Virus record (IMG/VR): IMGVR_UViG_3300030372_001880
Location: 1 to 47,965 of that record
Source of the DNA: a virus
Lineage: Duplodnaviria > Caudoviricetes
Strand: one strand, 5' to 3'
DNA length: 47,965 nucleotides
Shown here: piece after piece, positions 29,807 to 35,705 of the stretch
Position numbering within the stretch: position 1 is the first letter of the stretch
Layout: each line of letters starts with the position of its first letter
The notes under the pieces: generated by a model
What the model saw: the letters and a program-made list of their open reading frames with translations, nothing else
Databases searched by the model: none
What the model was told of the DNA's origin: nothing
Program-made: the position numbers and the translations under genes

Positions 29807-30183
29807 TTTGTACCGCCTAACTTATTGATTTCATTTACTTTTTCATCAACATTATATTTTATTGATGACCACTCACTTGATGCAATTCTGTTTCGCCACT
29901 TTGGTAATTTCTCTAAAGCAACATTAGTTTTTAATCCTATGTGATTACGAACATCTTCTAAAGTAATCATCATTGGTACAGAACTTACAAGTTTATTTAA
30001 GAACTTATGTCTTGCATAAACCTCTGGATAATTTTTGTAAGTAATTTCACCTATACCTATTGCCATACTGCCCCAAGCTAAGTAATACGTTGTATCTTTG
30101 TATGCAAGTTTTCCATCCTTTGGTTTTTTATAACAAACTTCTTTTGAATTTTCTACGTTTCTAGTATCTACTGTTAGTGACAT
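29803..30183 (-). CDS. Hypothetical early protein
   Basis: Start re-assigned to ATG 30183 (RBS AAGGAG); MAIGIGEIT...N..E...R and HIGLKTNV motifs. Confidence 0.65.
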   Translation of the reverse strand: MSLTVDTRNVENSKEVCYKKPKDGKLAYKDTTYYLAWGSMAIGIGEITYKNYPEVYARHKFLNKLVSSVPMMITLEDVRNHIGLKTNVALEKLPKWRNRIASSEWSSIKYNVDEKVNEINKLGGTK

Positions 30184-30184
30184 A

Positions 30185-30268
30185 TTATTTCTCCTTAATT
30201 CTTTTAATTTTTTTATCGTTGCCATACTTTATGTATAACCAAACTAATCTTAGTAGTAAATTTCGCAT
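30185..30268 (-). CDS. 27-aa peptide MRNLLLRLVWLYIKYGNDKKIKRIKEK; not in ORF track
   Basis: RBS AGGAG, first ORF after promoter 30321-30293, stop 1 nt before the next ATG. Confidence 0.55.
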   Translation of the reverse strand: MRNLLLRLVWLYIKYGNDKKIKRIKEK

Positions 30269-30292
30269 ATATACTCCTGCTGTTTATACCCT

Positions 30293-30321
30293 ATTATATT
30301 AAATTATTTTTGTTAGGTCAA
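30293..30321 (-). promoter_or_regulatory. Early promoter TTGACC-17-TATAAT
   Basis: -35 at 30321-30316, -10 at 30298-30293. Confidence 0.75.
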
Positions 30322-30323
30322 AT

Positions 30324-30352
30324 AAAAAACCCCCCTACACAAACGAGGGGGG
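30324..30352 (-). terminator. Intrinsic terminator
   Basis: CCCCCCT/AGGGGGG stem followed by T6 on the minus strand. Confidence 0.7.
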
Positions 30353-30380
30353 CAACATTACAATGGAGGAAGTAATGAAA

Positions 30381-30782
30381 CTATGGTAATCTTTTTACTG
30401 TAACCAATGGATAAGTTTGTTCTGCCACTTGGTCAACTCGATATCTCATCTTACCAACACGCAAGTACGATAATGAAGCAACATCAATCTTACGAAACTC
30501 ATGTTTGTTTTTATCATACACATTTAGAAACCTAGCTTTTTCATATGGTGAGAGTGGTCTAGTATTCTTAATCTTCTTCCACTTACCTTTGTACATATAC
30601 CGACTGCGTGGTTTGAAATCACAATAATAAATCCTGTCGGTTGTATTGTGTGTATCATTGATTGCATAAAAAGGTTTATTGTTGTAATACCATTTTATCT
30701 TATCAGTTATTTGACTTGCGGTATATTGCTTATCTTCTTCAAAAGGCAACTGCTCATCAAATAAAGCCATTTGTGTAGTCAT
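30381..30782 (-). CDS. WYL/SH3-like beta-barrel protein (putative)
   Basis: LNVYDKNKHEFRKIDVASL resembles the YD...FR motif of WYL_2/DUF2693-like folds; RBS AAGGAG. Confidence 0.5.
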   Translation of the reverse strand: MTTQMALFDEQLPFEEDKQYTASQITDKIKWYYNNKPFYAINDTHNTTDRIYYCDFKPRSRYMYKGKWKKIKNTRPLSPYEKARFLNVYDKNKHEFRKIDVASLSYLRVGKMRYRVDQVAEQTYPLVTVKRLP

Positions 30783-30806
30783 ATGAACTCCTTTGTTTAT
30801 AGTTAT

Positions 30807-30835
30807 ATATTATTAAATTTTACCCTGTACGTCAA
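30807..30835 (-). promoter_or_regulatory. Early promoter TTGACG-17-TAATAT
   Basis: -35 at 30835-30830, -10 at 30812-30807. Confidence 0.6.
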
Positions 30836-31005
30836 GTCGTAGAGCCACGCATTTCGGGTGTTTTTTTATGATAGTAATAGTAATAACTAGGGTTACCCAG
30901 AGGGTAACACATTAGATGCCGAGCGAAGCGAGGCGAAAAAAAAAATAATTCAACTGATGATAGTACAGCCCAACTTATGATAGTAAGTACCCTAGCTGTA
31001 GGAAT

Positions 31006-31033
31006 AAAAAAAGCCCCGCTTATTCGGGGCTTT
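31006..31033 (-). terminator. Intrinsic terminator
   Basis: AAGCCCCG-N6-CGGGGCTT followed by a T-tract on the minus strand, downstream of gene 31056-31868. Confidence 0.8.
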
Positions 31034-31055
31034 AGGAGGAAAATATAAAATTAAA

Positions 31056-31868
31056 TTAAGCTCGTTTTAAATAATCCCTATGATTTGGATGTTCGTCAAC
31101 TCTATCAATGAAACCCTTTTTGACCGCTTGTTCTGGTGTCATTGTTGAGATGTGAGCAAGATTACAAGATTTAAATAATTCGTTTAAATCACTTTGCCAA
31201 GACAATAAATTTTCTGGTGTTACACCCTCTGGAAGTACTAACTTTTTACCGCCAATAATTGTCTTAGTTTCCTTAACTGTAATTACCAAGCCCGATAAAC
31301 TAGCTTTAAAATCAGCATAAGATTTAGACAATGTTGAAACAGTTTTCTTATTGCCCGAATTTCCATAAATAGTCTGGAAGATTGCTAATAAATCCGCCTT
31401 GCCAAGTCTTACTTGTTCATCACCATGCGGGTTAAATCTCTCAGTTCCCGCAACAGTATTAGGATTTTTAATCATCATAGCACCACGATTTGAAACCATT
31501 TTTGATTTACTCTCGTCAAGGTCTGAAATATACAAAGATTGCCCAATTAAAACTTGTGCAATTTTCATACTATCTCTTAATGATGCTCTTTTATTCTGGC
31601 TGAATTTATCCGCTTTGCTATAGTCCGCCTCAGGAATACCAAGGCATAAGTCCGCAAATTGTTTACAATGATTAGTTAATTCTTCAGCACTAAATTTTGT
31701 ACCGCTCATTATTTGAAATTCATCATAAATAATAAACTGACAAATATAATTGGCATTATTAACAACAGCCGAATTAATACCGCTTTGTTTCTTATCAATA
31801 TCTGATAAGTTATCTTTAATTTTCCCTGTTAACTGACTAGGGTTAAAAGTCGCATTTGATTTAGTCAT
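31056..31868 (-). CDS. First early gene, unknown function
   Basis: 270 aa with own promoter, RBS AAGGA and terminator. Confidence 0.75.
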   Translation of the reverse strand: MTKSNATFNPSQLTGKIKDNLSDIDKKQSGINSAVVNNANYICQFIIYDEFQIMSGTKFSAEELTNHCKQFADLCLGIPEADYSKADKFSQNKRASLRDSMKIAQVLIGQSLYISDLDESKSKMVSNRGAMMIKNPNTVAGTERFNPHGDEQVRLGKADLLAIFQTIYGNSGNKKTVSTLSKSYADFKASLSGLVITVKETKTIIGGKKLVLPEGVTPENLLSWQSDLNELFKSCNLAHISTMTPEQAVKKGFIDRVDEHPNHRDYLKRA

Positions 31869-31898
31869 ATAATTTTTCCTTTCGGTTAATATAAGGAT

Positions 31899-31927
31899 AT
31901 TCTATAAAATTTTTAATTATTCGTCAA
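31899..31927 (-). promoter_or_regulatory. Early promoter TTGACG-17-TAGAAT
   Basis: -35 at 31927-31922, -10 at 31904-31899. Confidence 0.7.
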
Positions 31928-31962
31928 ACGCAAACAAAAAGAAATATTAATTAATTTTAATT

Positions 31963-31983
31963 TTATCCCCAAACTTATCCACA
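31963..31983 (+). promoter_or_regulatory. Tandem DnaA boxes (TTATCCCCA, TTATCCACA)
   Basis: Perfect box at 31975-31983 and one-mismatch box at 31963-31971, next to an AT-only tract. Confidence 0.55.
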
Positions 31984-32093
31984 GGAAAAAATGGCTGTTT
32001 TCTGGGGCAAACACAACATTATACAATGTGCGATATTCGGCGGAATACTTAGGTTTTTATATATGGTTTACAATAAGGGAAATACCCAAAGAA

Positions 32094-32250
32094 GAACAAA
32101 CAAGGAACTAAATAGTTACAAAATTTAGGGCTGTCTTTTATGGTCTATTGCGTTAACCATGAGAACAAATCGGGAACTTTTTTTATGATAGTAAGGTACA
32201 TAGAGTCACACGCCATGCGTGTGTCCATAGAGGTAGAACAAAAAGGGAAC
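32094..32250. promoter_or_regulatory. Three alphaproteobacterial LexA-type boxes GAAC-N7-GAAC
   Basis: 32094-32108, 32163-32177 and 32236-32250. Confidence 0.65.
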
Positions 32251-32475
32251 ACATAGGCTACACGGATAGAACATTGATGTACGTTCTGTGAAGTCTTAGC
32301 GAGCACGCTTGCGTGCGAGCTGAAAATCCTATAGATTAATGATAGTAGCTACAACTCAACTTGCTGTAAATAAATTATTTTACTGGGGAACTCAATAAAC
32401 CTTTTTGGGCTTAGGGGTATGCCAGTGCCACCCCACCCTACCCCCTATTGTGAATACGCCGTTACCACAAAAAGT

Positions 32476-32545
32476 AAAAAAAAGGGTGTAAACCAGTATG
32501 GCCGCACCCTTAATAGTAAATATAAAGCCCCCCTCTAGGGGTAGT
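32476..32545 (-). ncRNA. Candidate ~70-nt small RNA
   Basis: Downstream of promoter 32579-32552; 5' CCCC/GGGG hairpin; 3' terminator AAGGGUG...CACCCUU plus U-tract. Confidence 0.55.
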
Positions 32546-32551
32546 AAATAT

Positions 32552-32625
32552 ATTATACAAGTCACTTCAAATTTGTCAATAATAAAATAAAAAAAGATTG
32601 ACAGATTCTTGTAAAGCACTATAAT
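32552..32625. promoter_or_regulatory. Back-to-back divergent promoters, both TTGACA-16-TATAAT
   Basis: Minus strand: 32579-32574 and 32557-32552. Plus strand: 32598-32603 and 32620-32625 (start of the late arm). Confidence 0.75.
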
Positions 32626-32630
32626 AGGGT

Positions 32631-32822
32631 GTATGTATTTTTTATTTGGCAACATAGCACACACGCTTTAAACAACCATTAAGGCTATACGCCGTAAAAA
32701 ATACACTTATTCCATTGGTGGTCTGGGGAACTCACCACGATAAACACGAGTTCCAACGATTTTACCCAATGGATTGCAATGTTTTCCATTGGTACCCTAT
32801 ACTTTAAACCACGGAGAACAAA
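32631..32822 (+). ncRNA. Structured ~190-nt late leader RNA (candidate)
   Basis: 11-bp basal stem hairpin, 8-bp stem with two alternative partners, possible H-type pseudoknot. Confidence 0.5.
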
Positions 32823-33050
32823 ATGACAACAAATGAAATGATTAGCGAATTAACAGAAACAGTAAAACACCTACAAAAAGACGTAGAGATATTAAAAAAA
32901 GATAAAGATTACCTGTATAGTAAGCTAGAAAAAGCTTATGATGACAGAATACAACTCCGTGCAGAAAATCGTAGACTTAAAAAACCTGCTATTATTAAAG
33001 CTATGGAAGTTTCTAATGAAGAAGAAGAATGTCTGGCCTGTTCAGCTTAA
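32823..33050 (+). CDS. Coiled-coil protein with C-terminal EEEECLACSA
   Basis: RBS GGAG; heptad pattern; terminal CxxC. Confidence 0.7.
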   Translation: MTTNEMISELTETVKHLQKDVEILKKDKDYLYSKLEKAYDDRIQLRAENRRLKKPAIIKAMEVSNEEEECLACSA

Positions 33051-33220
33051 AAAACGACATAATAAAACAGAGTCAAGAGTTTTATAATGCTAAATCTAAA
33101 GAAGATAAGCAAAAAATACGAGAAAGTTTACAAAAAACTTTTAAAAAAGCACATAAATTTAGACATAGTCCAATGATTGACTATAAATCTATAGAAAAAA
33201 TGATAAAAAATATAATTTAA
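33029..33220 (+). CDS. Hypothetical basic protein
   Basis: 63 aa ORF overlapping the upstream stop. Confidence 0.5.
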   Translation: MSGLFSLKNDIIKQSQEFYNAKSKEDKQKIRESLQKTFKKAHKFRHSPMIDYKSIEKMIKNII

Positions 33221-33235
33221 ATAAGGAAACCACAT

Positions 33236-33388
33236 ATGTACGGAAGATTAGGAAAAAAAACTACTAAAAAAATGGCAGGAATGAAGAAAAGACTTGGTAA
33301 AGGTGGTACGCCTAAAGCTAAATCTGCAATGATGAAGATGAAAGCTGATAAAAAAGCTAAAAAATCTAAATCTATGTATGCCAACTAG
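33236..33388 (+). CDS. K/M-rich peptide, 50 aa (MYGRLGKKTTKKMAGMKKR...); not in ORF track
   Basis: RBS AAGGA; fills the gap. Confidence 0.65.
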   Translation: MYGRLGKKTTKKMAGMKKRLGKGGTPKAKSAMMKMKADKKAKKSKSMYAN

Positions 33389-33605
33389 AAATTATAAAAA
33401 AGAATACGCTAATTACCATTCAAAACCTACTCAAAAGAAAAGAAGAGCAGGTAGAAATAAGGCAAATCGTCTAAAAGGTAAGAATGGTATGGATGTTCAT
33501 CATAAAGATGGCAATCCTTTAAATAACTCCCGAAAAAACCTTGCGGTTACATCAAAGAAAGCTAATAGGTCTTTTGCAAGAAATAAAAAAGCAGGAAAAA
33601 AATGA
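33378..33605 (+). CDS. HNH endonuclease-like protein
   Basis: RNYKKEY...DVHHKDGNPLNNSRKNL...NRS. Confidence 0.8.
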   Translation: MPTRNYKKEYANYHSKPTQKKRRAGRNKANRLKGKNGMDVHHKDGNPLNNSRKNLAVTSKKANRSFARNKKAGKK

Positions 33606-33769
33606 TATTTGAAAAAGCAGTATACACAGAAAGAGATGGATGGCATTTAAGACCAGAGCCTACAGATTGTGGTGTATGTAAAACATGTGGTCATGCTTGT
33701 CATTGTTCAAATGGTGGGTCATGTTGTGGCGGCGAATGTCAATGTAATTGTTGTGAACACGATGGCTAA
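33602..33769 (+). CDS. Metallothionein-like Cys/His-rich peptide, 55 aa; not in ORF track
   Basis: MIFEKAVYTERDGWHLRPEPTDCGVCKTCGHACHCSNGGSCCGGECQCNCCEHDG; ATGA overlap, RBS AGGA. Confidence 0.7.
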   Translation: MIFEKAVYTERDGWHLRPEPTDCGVCKTCGHACHCSNGGSCCGGECQCNCCEHDG

Positions 33770-33950
33770 AAAGAAAAGCAAGTCAACAGTTAACAAAGCA
33801 GGTAATTATACAAAACCTGGAATGCGTAAAAAGATTTTTAATCGTATCAAAGCTCAAGCTAGTCATGGAACGGGTGCGGGCAAATGGTCGGCAAGAAAAG
33901 CCCAGGCATTGGCCAAGGCTTATAAGAAAGCAGGTGGAGGATATAAATAA
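33762..33950 (+). CDS. Basic protein, DUF5872-like N-terminal part
   Basis: Start re-assigned to ATG 33762; NYTKPGMRK...GKWSARKAQ...YKKAGGGY. Confidence 0.7.
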   Translation: MAKKKSKSTVNKAGNYTKPGMRKKIFNRIKAQASHGTGAGKWSARKAQALAKAYKKAGGGYK

Positions 33951-34090
33951 TGCCAAGAACACTATCAAGTAAGCAGAAAAAAATAGCAAGAGTAGCATCA
34001 CCAAGAAATAAAATAACTGGTGCTGACTTTAAAGCATTAAGAAAAAACAAAAGTAAAAATGGCACTAGCAAAAAGTCAAAGAAGCCTTAA
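33950..34090 (+). CDS. Basic peptide, 46 aa (MPRTLSSKQKKIARVASPRNKITGADFKALRK...); not in ORF track
   Basis: TAATG coupling; KITGADF motif recalled from marine phage peptides. Confidence 0.65.
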   Translation: MPRTLSSKQKKIARVASPRNKITGADFKALRKNKSKNGTSKKSKKP

Positions 34091-34307
34091 GGCTTGGGGC
34101 AAACAAAAATGGAGAACAAAGAGTGGTAAAAAAAGCTCTGTTACTGGTGAAAGATATCTTCCAGAAAAAGCTATCAAAGCTCTTACTCCTGCAGAGTATG
34201 CCGCTAGTACTAAAGCTAAAAGAAAAGCTAAAAAAGCAGGTAAACAAGTTTCTAAACAACCAAAGCGAATAGCAAAAAAAACAAGAGCATATAGAAAATT
34301 TTCGTGA
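34059..34307 (+). CDS. Basic protein, DUF5872-like C-terminal part
   Basis: SQRSLKAWGKQKWRTKSGK...GERYLPEKAI...GKQ. Confidence 0.7.
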   Translation: MALAKSQRSLKAWGKQKWRTKSGKKSSVTGERYLPEKAIKALTPAEYAASTKAKRKAKKAGKQVSKQPKRIAKKTRAYRKFS

Positions 34308-34843
34308 AACGAACAATAACCCAAGACATAATATCTTGGTCTAAAAATTTTCTTGAAAAGCCAAACAAGGATTTAGGCGGTAAACCAGTATGTCCTTTTG
34401 CTAAAAAAACAAGAAAAGAAAATAAACTACGAATAGTTGAAACAAAAGAATCAGAAGATTTTTTAAATAAACTAGTTGATGAATGTAAATCATTTGGTGA
34501 CAATGATGTAGTTATTGTTGCTTGTGATGACATGACAATAACATCAGATGAACTTAATAATTATGTTCATGCCTTAAATAAAGTTTTTGTAAGGGATGAT
34601 GTATACTTAATAGCAAGTTATCCCGATGATGAAGTTATAGAGTTTCTTGAAAGTGATGACTTTGAACCAGACAATAATTTTTACATGGTTCTAATTCAAA
34701 GCTATCAGAAGCTTGAAGATGGTAGTTCATCTTTAAGCAAAACAAACTATTACGAACATTGGTCAGATGAATATTATGCTGACACTGTGCTTGTAAGAAA
34801 ACAATATGGAGATATTCATGGCAGGAATGAAAAAAAGAGCTAA
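34304..34843 (+). CDS. DUF1415-like protein
   Basis: W...FLE.P...L...PVCPFAK motif; acidic; GTGA overlap. Confidence 0.55.
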   Translation: MKRTITQDIISWSKNFLEKPNKDLGGKPVCPFAKKTRKENKLRIVETKESEDFLNKLVDECKSFGDNDVVIVACDDMTITSDELNNYVHALNKVFVRDDVYLIASYPDDEVIEFLESDDFEPDNNFYMVLIQSYQKLEDGSSSLSKTNYYEHWSDEYYADTVLVRKQYGDIHGRNEKKS

Positions 34844-34934
34844 AAAAACTAATGGCAAAATGATGATGGGTGCTAAAAAAATGCCTATGGCTAAAGGTAA
34901 AAAAGGCATGAAAAAAAGAGCTAAAAAGAAATAG
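34818..34934 (+). CDS. K/M-rich peptide, 38 aa (MAGMKKRAKKTNGKMMMGAKKMPMAKGKKGMKKRAKKK); not in ORF track
   Basis: RBS GGAG; internal repeat GMKKRAKK. Confidence 0.65.
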   Translation: MAGMKKRAKKTNGKMMMGAKKMPMAKGKKGMKKRAKKK

Positions 34935-35065
34935 TGCTAGATAGTCAAAAAAGAAAAATTAAAAAAGTGATAAAGGGCTTATCAAAAGCATCTAAGTCAC
35001 ATAAAAAACAGGCTAATACACTAAAAAAAACTTTAAATGGCAGACCCAAAAAAAGGAACGGGTAA
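34934..35065 (+). CDS. Basic peptide, 43 aa (MLDSQKRKIKKVIKGLSKASKSHKKQANTL...); not in ORF track
   Basis: TAGTG coupling; KKVIKGL.KASK.H..QA motif. Confidence 0.6.
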   Translation: MLDSQKRKIKKVIKGLSKASKSHKKQANTLKKTLNGRPKKRNG

Positions 35066-35315
35066 AAAACCCCCAGGCAGTGGTCGTAGATTATATACTG
35101 ACGAAAATCCAAAAGATACAGTTAGGATAAAATTTGCAACAGAAGCTGATGCTAGAGCAACAGTAGCAAAGGTTAAAAAGATAAAAAAACCATTTGCAAG
35201 AAAGATACAAATCTTAACTGTTGGAGAACAGCGAGCTAAAGTTATGGGTAAAACCGCAGTTGCTAATATATTTAAAAAGGGAAAAGAAAGTATAAGGAAT
35301 GCGAAAAGAACATAA
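35037..35315 (+). CDS. Conserved basic phage protein
   Basis: DPKKGTGKKP.GSGRRLYTDENPKDTV motif. Confidence 0.7.
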   Translation: MADPKKGTGKKPPGSGRRLYTDENPKDTVRIKFATEADARATVAKVKKIKKPFARKIQILTVGEQRAKVMGKTAVANIFKKGKESIRNAKRT

Positions 35316-35571
35316 AAGCAAGACTGGTGGATTAACTGCGGCAGGTAGAAAGTACTTTAAAAAAAAAGAAGGTGCTAACTTAAAGCCTCCAGTAAAATCA
35401 GGAGTCAATCCACGCCGAGTTTCTTTTGCCGCCAGATTTGCGGGAATGAAGGGCCCTATGAAAGATGAAAAGGGCCGCCCGACCAGGAAGGCACTGGCCC
35501 TCCGCAAATGGGGATTTCGTAGTGAAGAATCTGCTCGTAACTTTGCTAAAAGACATAAGAAGAAAAAATAA
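35299..35571 (+). CDS. DUF6321-like basic protein
   Basis: GGLTAAGR...NLKPPV...RRVSFAARF.GM...ALRKW. Confidence 0.7.
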   Translation: MRKEHKSKTGGLTAAGRKYFKKKEGANLKPPVKSGVNPRRVSFAARFAGMKGPMKDEKGRPTRKALALRKWGFRSEESARNFAKRHKKKK

Positions 35572-35705
35572 TGGCTAGACGAGGATTGTATGCAAACATC
35601 CATGCTAAAAGAAAGCGTGGAGAAAGAATGAGAAAGAAAGGTGAGAAAGGTGCACCTACAGCTTCACAATTTAAAAGAGCTAAACAAACTGTAAGAAAAA
35701 AATAA
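35571..35705 (+). CDS. Basic peptide, 44 aa (MARRGLYANIHAKRKRGERMRKKGEKGAPT...); not in ORF track
   Basis: TAATG coupling at both ends; GLYANIHAKR motif. Confidence 0.7.
   Translation: MARRGLYANIHAKRKRGERMRKKGEKGAPTASQFKRAKQTVRKK

Larger units (their letters stand above)
30868..32347 (+). repeat. Five dispersed direct copies of ATGATAGTA
   Basis: Copies start at 30868, 30957, 30977, 32185 and 32339, all intergenic and in the same orientation. Confidence 0.8.

Noticed and set aside
30954-31005. CTGATGA followed by a stem (TACAGC/GCTGTA), suggesting a hammerhead ribozyme
   Set aside because: The stem is followed by GGAAT rather than GAAA, spacing is off, and I found no stems I/III or cleavage triplet.
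32268-32287. Possible fourth LexA box (GAAC...GTAC)
   Set aside because: Spacer is 6 rather than 7 nt.
32392-32664. 90-aa - strand ORF in the control region
   Set aside because: Runs across two promoters and a terminator, with no RBS.
30783-32822. CRISPR or mini-CRISPR array in the repeat-rich control region
   Set aside because: Repeats are only 9-15 bp with irregular spacing; the Cas4-like gene is an ordinary replication-module exonuclease.
33669-33761. Hydrophobic N-terminal extension of ORF 33669-33950
   Set aside because: It is the off-frame reading of the Cys-rich peptide; ATG 33762 is the likely start.
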